A model generated the notes under the pieces. It ran no database searches and was not told the origin of the DNA. It saw only the letters and a program-made list of their open reading frames with translations. Positions 31,640 through 43,332 of a DNA stretch of 64,000 bases are shown piece after piece (the first letter of the stretch is position 1; every line of letters starts with the position of its first letter). Source of the DNA: an uncultured Chloroflexia bacterium (lineage in GTDB: Bacteria > Chloroflexota > Limnocylindria > Limnocylindrales > CSP1-4). The stretch is taken from positions 167,012 through 231,011 of the forward strand of contig CAWBHP010000013.1 of the NCBI GenBank assembly GCA_963788685.1, read 5' to 3'. Position numbers and translations under genes: made by a program.

Positions 31640-33215
31640 TGCGCCCGACCTCATGGCGACCGCGCTCGGTCGGGCCTCAGCCGGCGCACCGCGGAGACCG
31701 ATCATGTTGGCCGCCGAACCGGACACCAGCAGCACGGCTGCCAGGATGGTCGCCACGCGGAAGGCGTCGACCGACGCCTCCTTTGCGGCCTCGGCGGCTT
31801 CGGGCGGCACGTCGACGGTGGGAGGGTTGAGCGGCGGGTACTGCGCCCGGACGGCGGGATTCGAGGTGTCGAGGTCGGGAACGCGCGTCGAGAGGGCGCT
31901 GTAGAACGTCGCCGACACCACGATGAAGACGACGGCCCCGATGAGCGGCGAGCCGACCCTCGATAGGGCGTTGTTGATCGCTGAGCCGAGGCCCGCGTGG
32001 CGGGTTGGGATCGAGCCCATCAGCATGCGTCGTCAAGGGCGCAACGACGAAGCCGATCCCCACGCCGAAGATCAGGAGCGCCGGCAGGACGTCGATGAGG
32101 ACGGAGACCGGTGGGACGAGCGTGCCGGGGTCGGCAAGCGACGCACGCCATGCCTCCGATGTCGCGGGGATCCGAGCCCACCAGAGCAGGCCCACGGCCA
32201 TGATCAGCGGCCCGGCGACCAGGAACGGCTTCGGGCCGAATCTGCCGGCGAGCGCGCCGACGCGCGGTGACAGGACGACGAGGAGGAGGCCGGTTGGAAA
32301 GCCGGAAAGGGAAGCTGCCGTTGCGGTATAGCCCAGCGTCGCCTGGAGCAACACCGACTGATAGAACCCGCCGACGTACAACGCGCCGTAGATCAGGAAG
32401 GTCGAGAGGTTGATCACCGCGAACTCGCGGTTTCTGAACAGCTCGAGCGGGACGAGCGGGTGCGGTCGGCGGAGCATGAGAAGCGGGAACGTCACGAGGG
32501 CGACGGCTCCGACGCCGAGTGCCACCCACGCAAGCGTATCCCGCCATTCGAGCTGCTGACCTCGCGTGGCACCGAACGCGAGGCCACCAATCGCAATGGC
32601 CCCCACCGCCGCGCCGAGCCAGTCCAGGTGTCGGTCGGCGTCCGAATCGCGCGACTCCCGCATGTGCCTCAACGTCGCCCACAGAGCAAGCGCTAGCAGC
32701 GGGACGTTGATCAGGAAGGCGGCCCGCCACGAGAGCGAGTCGACGAGGAGCCCGCCGATCGGTTGACCGAAGAGCGCGAGGCCGGATGTCGACGCCGCCC
32801 AGATTCCGAACGCACGGGACCGAGCCGCTCCATCGAACGTCGCGGTGATGATGGACAGCGAGCCCGGGACGAGCAAGGCTCCCGACGCGCCCTGGAGGAT
32901 CCGGAACAGGACGATCAATTCGAGGCTGGGCGCGATTCCGCAGAGCAGCGACGAGACGCCGAACCCGGCCAGGCCGATCGCGAAGACTTTCCGTCGACCG
33001 TACATGTCGGCCAGCGCGCCGGCGAGGATCAGCAGCGCCGACAGGACGGCCAGGTAGCCCGACTGAACGTAGGCCTGGCCCTCCAGGACGCCGAGGAACG
33101 AGCTCGGCAGGCGGCCGATCGCCGGCAGCGCGAGGTTCACGATCGTGCCGTCGAGGAAGACGATTCCTGAACCGAGAATCGCCGCCAGCAGGGTCCATCG
33201 CTCCGTCCTGGTCAT
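31640..33215 (-). CDS. MFS transporter (DHA2/EmrB-like, 14 transmembrane segments); frameshift at about 32030; 3' end approximate
   Basis: The motif is GTIVNLALPAIG...MYGRRKVFAIGLAGFGVSSLLCGIA. Confidence 0.6.
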
Positions 33216-33242
33216 CGCCCGGCAGTTTCGCACAGGCGCGGC

Positions 33243-33963
33243 TATGCTCCCGCTCATGCCCGGAGCCGTGGCCCTCGTGGGATCCGGCGAGTTCCTGCCC
33301 GCCATGTCGGAGTTCGATGCGGGCCTCCTCGCTGCGACCGGCCGCACCAGGCCCCGCGTCGCGATCCTGCCGACGGCCTCCTGGCCAGATGGCGAGGAGG
33401 CATTCGATCGGTGGGCCTCGATGGGCGTCGCCCACTTCTCGGGCCTCGGCGCAGAGGTTGAGCCGGTCCGGGTCCGGGACCGCGAGGACGCCGATGATGC
33501 CGCCCACGTCCAGGCGATCGGCGAGGCCGACCTCATCTATCTCTCCGGCGGCAAACCCGGTCATCTCTCGTCGGTGCTCGACGGCTCCGGCGTCGGCTGG
33601 GCGCTGCGCCAGGCCCACCAACGGGGAGCGGTGATCGCCGGTTGCTCAGCCGGCGCGATGGCGCTGGCCGAGCGGCACTTCGACATGCGCCGGCGGCGCC
33701 TCATGTGGCCGGTCCGGTGGCGCGACGGCCTGGGCCTTGTCGTCGGCGCATCGGTCGTGCCCCATTACGACGCCTGGCCGGAGCCGCTGTCGGCCCTGCT
33801 CGTGCTCCAGGCTCCACGCGGTTCCGCGGTGCTCGGGATCGACGAGGAAACGGCACTCGTCGGCCGCGACGGCTCGTGGCAGGTCCACGGCCGGGCTCGG
33901 GTCACCGTCTGGCAAGGCCGCCACCGGGAGCGGTTCCGAGCCGGGGATGTGTTCCGGCTCTAG
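33243..33963 (+). CDS. peptidase S51 (cyanophycinase/dipeptidase-E-like, type 1 glutamine amidotransferase fold)
   Basis: Motifs are VAILPTAS and ADLIYLSGGKPGHL...GAVIAGCSAGAMAL. The gene is intact. Confidence 0.6.
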
Positions 33964-34049
33964 GCCCGGACACTCGGAACGCCCCGGTGACTGGGTCCGG
34001 GGCGTTCGGGGCGGCTGGTCAGGCCGCGGTGTTCGGGGTAGCCGACTCG

Positions 34050-34440
34050 TCAGTCGGGCTTGACCTCGCGGAAGCAATCCGAGCAGTAGACCGGCCGGTC
34101 CATCCTCGGCTTGAACGGGACCTGGGCCTGGTTGCCGCACGACGAGCAGATCACCGCGAAGTACTCCCGGGCGATCCGATCGTCGCCTCGCTCGTAGCCG
34201 CGCGGCCCGCCGATTTCACGGACGTCATAGCCCGCATCGCGGCTGGCGCGGCGGCTCGCCCGACAGCTCGCGCAGCGCTTGGGGTCGGACGAGAACCCCT
34301 TCTGCCACGTAATACTCCTGGTCGGCCGCCGAGTGGATGAACTCCACTCCACAGTCGACGCAGTTCAGCGTCCGATCGGAATAGGTCACCAGTCTTCCTC
34401 TCCTCTGCGCTGTTCGCCGGTCCGCCTCGGGCGTGGACAT
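34050..34440 (-). CDS. zinc-ribbon protein with CxxC pairs; frameshift at about 34300
   Basis: Fragments read TLNCVDCGVEFIHSAADQEYY...KRCASCRA and AVICSSCGNQAQVPFKPRMDRPVYCSDCF. Confidence 0.4.
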
Positions 34441-34793
34441 CGGCGGGCGGGACGTTGCGAGGAGCGTCGGGGAGTGCCGGCGCCGCGCTATCCAGGTGCC
34501 GATGTGGAGTCCCTGTTTCGGGGCGCACCGGTGTGTCGTCGGCGAGACCATACAACGGGTCGAAAAATTCGGCGTTGCGGCGGCTAAGGCCCGTCGCGCG
34601 GGGTCGTCGCTGGCATCTGGCGACCGTGACAGCCGACCTGTCACAATGGGAGGCGAGATTCGGGGTGGCGAGCGAGGGCCAGGGGGCGCCTCGCTCGCAA
34701 TGATCCGCCGGCGGGGGCTCCGGGCGGCATCTGGGAAACCACCTCGCCTCGTCGCTCCGGCCGTGACGGGACAGGGAGGCCAGCCGCAACCGG

Positions 34794-35972
34794 ATGCTCC
34801 GATTGCTTCACACAGCAGACGTCCACCTCGGTGCACGCCACGCAGATCTGGGGGACGCGGCCGCAACCCAGCGCGAGCGCCAGTTCGCCGCGTTCCGGGC
34901 GGCGATCTCGATGGCCATCGACGAGAAGGTCGACATCGTCCTGATCGCGGGTGACCTGTTCGACTCCAACACCCAGCCGAAGCGCTCGGTTGAACGGGTC
35001 GCGGCCGAGCTCAAGCGCCTCGGCGAGGCGAAGATCCGGACCGTCATCCTTCCGGGCACGCACGACTGCTACGACCGCTCGTCGATCTATCGTTCGTACG
35101 ACCTTGCGGCGATGGCCGGGGCTGGGCCGGACGACGATTTCGTCACCGTCCTGACGCCGGATCGGCCGTCGGTCCATCTGAGCGCCTGCGATGTGATCGT
35201 CTATGGGACCGTCTTCGCGACGAAGCGAGCGCCTCACAGCCCGCTTCGGGACCTGCGGGTCGCGGCGGACGAGGGCAAGGCGGCCTGGCACGTCGGGATG
35301 GTCCATGGCTCGCTCGCGATCCCCGATCGGACCGATCGCGACGAGGTCGTGGTCACCAAGGAAGAGATCGCAGCGACCGGCCTGGACTATCTGGCCCTCG
35401 GCCACTGGCACTCCGTCCAGCGAGGCAAGGCGGGCACCACGACGTACGCCTATTCGGGCGCCCCCGAGCCGGTCGCGGTCAACCAGGATGGAGCGGGCAA
35501 TGTCCTCCTCGTGAGCCTCGAGGAGAACGGGCCTGCGAGGACCGTCACGATCGAGGAGCGGCGCGTCGGGCTGACGCGCTTCGAGAAGCTCGAGCTGGAC
35601 GCTGCGAGGATCAAGAACCAGCCCGATCTCATCGGCACGCTCCTCAAGAAGGGCGACCCGAATCTCGTCCTCGAGGTGCGGCTGACGGGCGTCCGGCCGG
35701 ACGAGCTCGACCTCGACACGACCGAGGTCGAGGAGCAACTCGACGGCTCATTCCTGCGGGCGCGCGTCCGCGACTCATCGATCCCGGCCCTGTCCTCGGG
35801 CAGCCTGCCCTCACCCGATACGATCGCCGGCGCGTTCATCCGCGACGTCGAGGCCCGGATCGCCGAGCTCGAGGCGGATCCGGCGGATGCGTCGAGCGGC
35901 GAAGCGGCCGAGCTCCGGGACGTCCTCCGGCTCGGCCGGCTCCTGCTCGCCGGCCACGAGGTGACCCTGTGA
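34794..35972 (+). CDS. sbcD: DNA repair exonuclease SbcD (Mre11 family)
   Basis: The motif is MLRLLHTADVHLG...DIVLIAGDLFD...GHWH. The gene is intact. Confidence 0.8.
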   Translation: MLRLLHTADVHLGARHADLGDAAATQRERQFAAFRAAISMAIDEKVDIVLIAGDLFDSNTQPKRSVERVAAELKRLGEAKIRTVILPGTHDCYDRSSIYRSYDLAAMAGAGPDDDFVTVLTPDRPSVHLSACDVIVYGTVFATKRAPHSPLRDLRVAADEGKAAWHVGMVHGSLAIPDRTDRDEVVVTKEEIAATGLDYLALGHWHSVQRGKAGTTTYAYSGAPEPVAVNQDGAGNVLLVSLEENGPARTVTIEERRVGLTRFEKLELDAARIKNQPDLIGTLLKKGDPNLVLEVRLTGVRPDELDLDTTEVEEQLDGSFLRARVRDSSIPALSSGSLPSPDTIAGAFIRDVEARIAELEADPADASSGEAAELRDVLRLGRLLLAGHEVTL

Positions 35973-35997
35973 CCACGGGTCGGGGCCGCTCACGCGG

Positions 35998-38196
35998 ATG
36001 AGGATCACCAGGCTCAGCGTCCGGGACTTCCGCCGCTACCGCGAGTTCGAGGTGCCGCTCGCCCCGGGCCTGACGATCATCCACGGCCCGAACGAGGCCG
36101 GCAAGACGACGATCCAGCGGGCGCTGGAACTCATCCTCACGAAGAAGGCGACCTCCAACGCGGCGGAGATGGACGGCCTGCGGTCGTGGGATGCGCCGCT
36201 CGAGGCTCGCCCCGTCATCGCCATCGACTTCGAGATCGAGGACGAGGAGAACGGCGTCCAGCGTGGCTCGATCGAGAAGGCATTCCGCGGCGCGAAAGGC
36301 ACAGTCCGCCTCGAGATCGGTGGCGAGGTCATCACGGACCCGACCCTCGCGGACCAGGCGCTCGCCGAGCTGACCGGCATCCCGACGGAGGCCTTCTTCC
36401 GCTCGACGGCGTCGATCCGCCATCACGAGCTGGCCGATCTCGATCGGGACGAGGCTGCCCTCCGTGACCGCCTCCAGGCATCGATCAGCGGAGCAGACCG
36501 CGGGACCTCGCGCGCCAGGCGGAAGCTCGAGCGGGCGATCTTCGACCTCAGCACGAAGGGCGCCAAGAACCCCGGCCGGCTCAAGGTCGCCGAGGAAGCC
36601 GTCGATCAGGAAGGGGCCGCCGTCGAACAGGGTGAGCTCGCCCTGGCCCAGTTGGAGCGTGACCGCGACACGCTCTCCGGATCGAGGGAGCGCCGCGCGG
36701 CATCCGACGCCGATCTCGCGGAACGCCGGTCGTTGCTCGAGAAGGCTCGCCAGGCCGAGCGGCTGACGGCCGAGCGCGTCGCCGCCCAGGAGCGGTTCGA
36801 GCGGTTCCGCCACGCGGTCAAGACCGCCGAAGAACTGGCTGAGCTCCATACCAGCCACCCCTCGCCGAATCCGCTGGCCGTGCTCGAGCAGGTGACGAAC
36901 CGCCTGCGCCGGCTCGACGCCACGATCAGGGAGCTTCGGGCCGCCCTGTCCGGTGAAGTCGCCGTCCAGTTCGACGTCCCGGCGGAGCCGACCTGGCGTC
37001 CGCTGTCCCGCGTCGCGATCGGGCTCGTCCTGCTCGGTGTCGTGCTCGCGGCGGGGACGTTCGCCGCCCGGCTCACCCGGGTGCTCGACCTCGGAACGGC
37101 GCCCCAGCTCATCGGCGGAGCGATTGCCGGGATCGGCTTCATCCTCGCGTTCGTCGCCTTCTGGTTGCGTCGCAACGATCGGATGCAGACCGAGCTGCGC
37201 GATGTCGAGATCGACCGCCGCCTGCGCGGACGATCGGAGATGGAGCAGGAACTCAAGCAGGCCGAGGCGGACACCGTGCAGCAGCTGGCCGGGATCGGGC
37301 TCGCCGACCTGCCGGCCGCCGAGGCGCTGCTCGAGGTCGAGCAGGAGCACGTGGCCCGGATCGAGCGACTCGCCGCGCAACTCGAGGGGCTCGTCGGACA
37401 GGAGCCCACCGAGGCGCTGCCCGGCCTGCGCGACGCCGCCGCCCTCGAGATCGAACAGAAGACCCACGCCCTCGAGGCGCTGGGCCCGATCGCCAGCGAG
37501 CCACGAGCGCGCGAGCGGCTGGAGGTCGAGGTTCGCGACCTCGAGAGCGCGCTCGAGCGTGCCCGCGATGACGAGGCGAACGCGCGGGCGCGGGTTGAGG
37601 CGAATGTCGTCGACGCCGAAGCGGTCGCCGCGCACGCCGAACGGCTGGCCCACTGGCAGGAGCAGCTGGCCGCGCTCAAGCGCCGGGCGCGGATCTACGA
37701 GCGGACCCTCAGCGAGATCGAGCGCGCCGAGCAGGCGACGATGAAGTCAGCGACGCGCTACCTCGAGACCAAGATGGTCGCCGACATCGAACGCGTGACG
37801 GAGGGGCGGTATCGGCGCGTCCAGGTCGACGACAAGACGCTCGACATCCGCCTCCACGCGCCGGAGCGAGGTGACTGGGTCGACGTCACGTCACTCAGCC
37901 AGGGGACCCTCGATCTCGTCTATCTCGTGGCCCGCATCGGGCTGGTCCGCCTCGTGACCGGCGACAAGCGGCCGCCGCTCATCCTCGACGACCCGTTCGT
38001 GACGCTCGACGACGCACGAGCCACGCGGGCACTCGAGCTCCTGCGCGACGTTGCGAACGACTTCCAGGTGATCTACCTGACGACGTCGGATCGCTATGAC
38101 GCGTCGGCCGATGCGGTGGTCCCGCTCGCCGGACCGACGGAGGTCGACGACCTCGCGGGCGTGGGCGCCGAACCGGAGCGGGTCGCCCACGGCTGA
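35998..38196 (+). CDS. sbcC: SbcC/Rad50-like ATPase
   Basis: A Walker A motif (IIHGPNEAGKTT) is followed by long coiled-coil and a C-terminal ILDDPFVTLDD. The gene is intact. Confidence 0.75.
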   Translation: MRITRLSVRDFRRYREFEVPLAPGLTIIHGPNEAGKTTIQRALELILTKKATSNAAEMDGLRSWDAPLEARPVIAIDFEIEDEENGVQRGSIEKAFRGAKGTVRLEIGGEVITDPTLADQALAELTGIPTEAFFRSTASIRHHELADLDRDEAALRDRLQASISGADRGTSRARRKLERAIFDLSTKGAKNPGRLKVAEEAVDQEGAAVEQGELALAQLERDRDTLSGSRERRAASDADLAERRSLLEKARQAERLTAERVAAQERFERFRHAVKTAEELAELHTSHPSPNPLAVLEQVTNRLRRLDATIRELRAALSGEVAVQFDVPAEPTWRPLSRVAIGLVLLGVVLAAGTFAARLTRVLDLGTAPQLIGGAIAGIGFILAFVAFWLRRNDRMQTELRDVEIDRRLRGRSEMEQELKQAEADTVQQLAGIGLADLPAAEALLEVEQEHVARIERLAAQLEGLVGQEPTEALPGLRDAAALEIEQKTHALEALGPIASEPRARERLEVEVRDLESALERARDDEANARARVEANVVDAEAVAAHAERLAHWQEQLAALKRRARIYERTLSEIERAEQATMKSATRYLETKMVADIERVTEGRYRRVQVDDKTLDIRLHAPERGDWVDVTSLSQGTLDLVYLVARIGLVRLVTGDKRPPLILDDPFVTLDDARATRALELLRDVANDFQVIYLTTSDRYDASADAVVPLAGPTEVDDLAGVGAEPERVAHG

Positions 38197-39052
38197 GCTG
38201 TTCGGGCCCGGCTCGGCGGTCGTCGTCTTCGGTCTCGCTTCGGCGATCGCCTGGGGCAGCGGCGATTTCGGCGGCGGCTGGGCGAGCCGGCGCGCCCCGG
38301 TCCTCGGCATCACGCTGGTCGTCCAGGTCGTCGGTGTCCTCCTGGGCGTGATCCTTGCGTTCGCGGCACGAGAACCCACCCCTGCGCCGACGACGGTGGC
38401 AATCTCCGTGGCCGCCGGCGTCACGGTGTCAATCGGGATCGTCGCGCTGTACCACGGTCTCGCGGTTGGCCGGATGGGCGTCGTCGCCCCGGTCACTGGC
38501 CTGCTTGCCGCCTTGCTGCCGGTCGGCGCCGGAATCGTCAGGGACGGCCTGCCGGCAACTCCGGTCCTCGCCGGCATCGTGCTTGCACTCGTCGCCGTCG
38601 TGCTCGTCTCGCGGGTGCCGGGGACGGCCGGCTCGCGATCGGGCATCGAGCTCGCGATCGTCGCCGGGGCGGGCATCGGCCTGTTCAACATCCTGGCCGG
38701 GGAGCTGCCCGACGGCCAGGTCTTCGGGCCGCTCGTCGTCATCAAGGTTGCAGCCGCGACCGTCATCGTGGCCATCCTGCTGGTCGGCCGGCGGACCTGG
38801 CGGATGCCGCGGCGGCTAGCGGCGACCGCGGTGGCGGTCGGTGTCTTCGACATGGCCGGCAACGCCTGTTACGTGCTGGCCACCCAGGCCGGTCGGCTCG
38901 ACGTCGCGGCCACCCTCTCTTCGCTCTATCCCGTGACGACGATCCTCCTCGCCGTCGCCTTCCTTGGCGAGCGCGTGACGCGGAGTCACGCCCTCGGCAT
39001 CGCCGCGGCCATAGCGGCGATCGCGTTGATCAGCGCGGGCTCGGCGGGCTAG
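38096..39052 (+). CDS. EamA/DMT family transporter; start uncertain (ATG at 38096 overlaps sbcC; an alternative CTG lies at about 38198)
   Basis: It has ten hydrophobic helices, including GSGDFGGGWASRRAPVLGITLVVQ. Confidence 0.55.
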   Translation: MTRRPMRWSRSPDRRRSTTSRAWAPNRSGSPTAELFGPGSAVVVFGLASAIAWGSGDFGGGWASRRAPVLGITLVVQVVGVLLGVILAFAAREPTPAPTTVAISVAAGVTVSIGIVALYHGLAVGRMGVVAPVTGLLAALLPVGAGIVRDGLPATPVLAGIVLALVAVVLVSRVPGTAGSRSGIELAIVAGAGIGLFNILAGELPDGQVFGPLVVIKVAAATVIVAILLVGRRTWRMPRRLAATAVAVGVFDMAGNACYVLATQAGRLDVAATLSSLYPVTTILLAVAFLGERVTRSHALGIAAAIAAIALISAGSAG

Positions 39053-39076
39053 CGCGGCGCGGCGGGGCTGGAGCCT

Positions 39077-39640
39077 TTAGGCCGACGTGCCATCGAGGGG
39101 CCGACGCTCCAGAACGACCTCGTCGACATCCGCCGCCGACCGCAAGACGTGAACGGCCGCGAACCCCTCGCCGGAAATGCCGCTGGACGTCGCGCCAGCG
39201 ATGCCGCCGTCGCCGAGGGTGCGGGCGAGCCGGTCGAGGTGTCGATCGACCACCGATGGGTCCACCACCCGGCCCTTGCGGGCCGAGTTCCAGGCGTGCA
39301 CGACATCCGCGGGCAGGGCGAGGACGATGGCGATGGCCGGGACGCCGGCAGCCCTGGCCCGCTCCACGAAAGCTCGCCGGGCATAGCGCTCGACGTTCGT
39401 GGCGTCGACGACGACAAGCCGGCCGGCCCCGAGACGTCGGACGACCTCTCGATGAAGAATCGAGAACGCGGTTCGGGTCGTCCGCTGATCGGCCTCGTCC
39501 CCGCTGAGAAGCGCGCGATAGGCGTCGGAGGAAAGCACCTCGTCCGGGGCGAAATGGCGCGCCGCGAATGTCGACTTGCCGCTGCCTGCCGGCCCGACGA
39601 GCACCACGAGCGAGGGATCCGGGACTGCGATGACCCGCAC
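39077..39640 (-). CDS. P-loop kinase (AAA_33, polynucleotide-kinase-like domain)
   Basis: The motif is LVVLVGPAGSGKST. The gene is intact. Confidence 0.55.
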   Translation of the reverse strand: MRVIAVPDPSLVVLVGPAGSGKSTFAARHFAPDEVLSSDAYRALLSGDEADQRTTRTAFSILHREVVRRLGAGRLVVVDATNVERYARRAFVERARAAGVPAIAIVLALPADVVHAWNSARKGRVVDPSVVDRHLDRLARTLGDGGIAGATSSGISGEGFAAVHVLRSAADVDEVVLERRPLDGTSA

Positions 39641-39657
39641 GCGGCCTGGCCGGCTGG

Positions 39658-40171
39658 TTACTCGGCGCCGATACCGGCAGCCGGCTGCGGCCCGTCCGCC
39701 GCGTGCCTGGGGCCCGCACCCAGCTCCGTGGCTTCAGCCTCGGCCACTCGCTTGAGGTTCAGATACGTCCGATGAAACGCCCGCTGAACGCGACTCCCGG
39801 TCAGGGCGCCGAGGACGCCTCGAACGATCTCTCCCGGGAGCTCGTACTCGAGCGAGACACGGACCTCGGAACCGCCGTCGGCAGGATCGATGAATGTCGT
39901 CCACCGGACCCAGCCGCCGCGTGCTGTTCCCGCGGCCACGGTGGATCCTCGGGCGGTCCGCAGCAGTAACGACGAAGCGCGCCTTGATGCGCCGGCCGGC
40001 GACCCGATAGAAGCCGGAGTAGCTCGACCCGACGCCGCCCGGCCGTCCGGAGATCTCGCCCATGTCGGCGAGGAGCGTCTGCCATTCCGGGGCCCGCGAC
40101 GGGTCCGCGATCAGGTCGAAAACGGCCTCCGGCGACGCGTCCACGTGGATCGTGGTCGACAGGTGGCTCAC
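39658..40171 (-). CDS. SRPBCC family protein; frameshift at about 39945
   Basis: Fragments read MSHLSTTIHVDASPEAVFDLIADPSRAPEWQ and RVSLEYELPGEIVRGVLGALTG. Confidence 0.45.
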
Positions 40172-40235
40172 AGTCGTTCCCCCAAACCGATGCGCGCTCC
40201 GTCGCTAAGTCCAACGCCGGGATAGAGATGCTACG

Positions 40236-41109
40236 TCAGCGCGACGCGCGACGCACCTCCCAGCCGGCGCCCGACTCCGCGCGGCGGACCTCGTAGGCGG
40301 GCTGGTCGTACATCGGCCGGGCCGCGAGCGACGTGGCCGTTCTCGAGGCGGAACCGCGAGCCGTGCCAGGGGCACTGGATGCAGCCGTCGACGAGGGTGC
40401 CCTCGGCGAGCGGGCCGCCGGCATGGGCGCAGGTCTCGTGGAGGGCGTGGATCGTTTCGCCGCTCCGCACGAGGATCAGGTTGTTCGCGCCCGCCTTCAC
40501 CTTCGTCGGGCCACCCTCCGGGATGTCCGGCAGGTCGCCCAGGTCGAGCGCGACCCACTTCGTCCCGGCGCCTCGCCACGCATGGCGATTGACGTGCGTA
40601 CCGATCAGGAACACGAGATCGCCGCCGATGGCGGCGCCCACAGCGATAACGAGGTAACCGACCACAAGGAGCACGAACGGCACGGTCCGGTCGACCGGGT
40701 TCCCTGCCCGTATGACCAGTGAGATCGTGAGTAGAACGAGAGCCGTCGTCATCACGACCGCGTGGACGGTCGCGCGCATCCGGGCCGTCCCGTCGGTGTC
40801 CGTGTAGTCCGCGAGGCCGGTGACCGCCGCGCCAATGATCGACAGAACGGCGACGAGGAGGGCGACGTCGGCCGCAACGCTGCGCGGCTGGCCGAGGATG
40901 TCGAGGACGAGCGCAACGGTCAAGGCTCCGATCGGGACGTCGGTCAGGGCGGAGTGGACCGGATGGCCGAGCCACGTGCCGTTGAGGAAGTCCTTGACCG
41001 GACGGATCGGCCGGAACAGCGCCGACAGCCAGCGGTGGTTGAACTCGCCGAACGGCTTCGCCCAGCCCGCCTGAGCATCGACGATACGGGTCACAAAGCG
41101 GCCGATCAT
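40236..41109 (-). CDS. DUF2231-like membrane domain fused to a C-terminal Rieske [2Fe-2S] domain; frameshift at about 40330
   Basis: It has four or five transmembrane helices, then CAHAGGPLAEGTLVDGCIQCPWHGSRFRLENG (CxH...CxxH). Confidence 0.5.
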
Positions 41110-41182
41110 CTTGGCACCTCCCGGCTGAGTCTACGTCCGGTGGCCCGGTTCGGATCGGCCAAAGCCGGTACGCTTCGCCGCC

Positions 41183-42471
41183 ATGTCGTCGCAGCTCACC
41201 TCCGCGAGCCAGGCCGCCGACGGAGGCACCGGCCGCGACGACTGGCGGGTCATCGTCGCGATCTTCTGGATCACGTCGATGATCGAGGGGCTCGGCGTGA
41301 GCCAGGTCTTCGCGTTCCTGCCGTCCTACCTGCGGGAGATGGGCGTCCCCGAAGGCGATCGGCTGCCCTTCGTCGGGCTGTTCGGGTCGCTCATCTTCGT
41401 CGTCGGCGCGCCGTTCGTGCCGCTGTGGGGCGTCTGGGCCGACAAGTACAGCCGCAAGGCCGTCATCGTCCGGAGCGCGCTCGTCGAGGCGGTCGTGTTT
41501 GCCTGCGTCGCCCTGTCGCGCGAGCCGTGGCAGCTCGCGCTCAGCATCCTGCTGATCGGGCTGCAGCTCGGCAACACCGGCGTGATGCTGGCGGGCATCC
41601 GGGACGTCGTCCCGCGCCACCGGCTCGGGACGATCATCGGGATCTTCGGGGCGTCGGGACCGATCGGATTCGCGGTCGGGCCGGCGCTCGGCGGCTTCCT
41701 CATCGATGCACTCGGGTTCTCGATCTCGGGCATGTTCTGGGTGTCCTGCGCGCTGTCGGTCCTGACGGCGGCCCTCGTCTGGTTCCTGTCGCGCGAGGTT
41801 CGGCCGGAGGTCGTCCCGGTCGGGCGCGTGCTCGACCTGGCGTACGGCGCCGTCCGCGGCGTCCTCGCCGATCCGGCCGTGCGACGGATCTTCGCGATCT
41901 ACGGAGTCGCGTTCCTCGCCAACCAGATGAGCCGGCCCTACCAGCCGGTCGTCGTCGAGGAGCTGTTCGGGACGGGGCCCGGTCTCGCGTCGGCGATCGG
42001 GTTCGTCATCGGGACGGCGGCGCTGGCCGGGGCGTTCGCCTCGCCCCTCGGTGGACTGCTCGGCGACCGGTTCGGGTTCCGGCCGGTCCTGATCGGGTCG
42101 CTCGCCGGCGGCGCCGCGGCCCTGCTCTCGGTGACGATCGCGCCTGGCCTCGAAATCCTCGCCCTTGCCTTCTTCGCGTTCGCGGCGTTCAACGGCACCG
42201 TCGGGGCGATGGTCTTCAGCCTGCTCGCGACGGAGGTGCCGGCGGAGCGACGATCCGCGACGCTCAATCTCGTCTACCTGCCGCTCTACGGTGCGGGGAT
42301 CGTCGGGCCGGCTTTGGGCGCGGGCGGTCGCCGCCGTGGCCGGCGTCGAATGGCCCGTTCTGGCTCGGCGCGGCCGTGTTCATCACCGGCGCCGTGGTGG
42401 TCGCGCTCCGGGTCAGGTCGCGGGCTGACGCGGCTCCGGCCGGACCTGCCGTTCCGCCAGCAGCGGAATGA
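41183..42471 (+). CDS. MFS transporter; frameshifts at about 42310-42360
   Basis: It has twelve predicted helices, including GLFGSLIFVVGAPFVPLWGVWADKYSRK. Confidence 0.55.
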
Positions 42472-43303
42472 CGGCCAGCAGCATCGAGATGCCGCCGTAC
42501 CAGAGGGCCGGCAGGGCGAGCATCGACGCGACCGGCACGGTCCAGCGGCGGTCGGTCCGGGCGCCCCAGACGACGAGGGCGACGGCCGCGGGAAGCCGGA
42601 TCAGCAACGGGATCGGCACCGAGGCCCACGTCCCGCCCTTGCCGGCGTTGGCGCCGATCACCTCGAACCAGCGCGGCCAGGCGTCCGGGATCGTCACCCA
42701 GGAGACGGCCGCGATCGCGGCAGTCGCCCCGAGCGCGATCGCAAGAGACCGCCACTCGCCGCGGACGGCGAACCAGAGCAGGCCGATCCCGGGCGTGATC
42801 TTCGTCAACAGGACGAGCGCCCACGTGGCCGGCCAGCGGAACCCGAGGACGATCGCCACCGCGAGCAGCAGCGAGACGTTGCCGCCGGCGACCTCCATCG
42901 CGGTGAACGGGAAGAGCAGCCCTGCCGCGAGCAGTCGCGGGCCGGTGAGGAACCGGACGGCCCCGATGAGCAGCGCCGTCCAGACGGCCATGAACGCTTG
43001 CCACGGCAGCGCCGTGAGAGGTGAGACGAGCTGGAGGAAGGCCGGCGAGTAGACGTAGGCGATCGGGTCGTTCCATGCCGAGTGGAGGTACGGGTCGGCG
43101 AGCGTCGCCTGGTAGTAGCAACGGGCGTCCTGGCCGGTCCCCCAGAGCCGGCCCCACGGTTCGGCGAAGACGACGACGAGCGCCCAGGCGACGACCGCGA
43201 CGACGATCCCGACGACGGGTGGCGTCTCGAGGTCGGACAGGCGGAATTGCCTCAGCCGCGCACCGATTGCGTTAGCCCTCGAGGTCTCCGCGAGATCGGC
43301 CAT
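42413..43303 (-). CDS. DUF2029 / GT87-like integral membrane protein (putative glycosyltransferase)
   Basis: It is polytopic and contains YVYSPAFL...LLTKITPGI. The gene is intact. Confidence 0.45.
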   Translation of the reverse strand: MADLAETSRANAIGARLRQFRLSDLETPPVVGIVVAVVAWALVVVFAEPWGRLWGTGQDARCYYQATLADPYLHSAWNDPIAYVYSPAFLQLVSPLTALPWQAFMAVWTALLIGAVRFLTGPRLLAAGLLFPFTAMEVAGGNVSLLLAVAIVLGFRWPATWALVLLTKITPGIGLLWFAVRGEWRSLAIALGATAAIAAVSWVTIPDAWPRWFEVIGANAGKGGTWASVPIPLLIRLPAAVALVVWGARTDRRWTVPVASMLALPALWYGGISMLLAVIPLLAERQVRPEPRQPAT

Positions 43304-43332
43304 CGGCCGATTATGGCGGGCTCGCCGATCGG

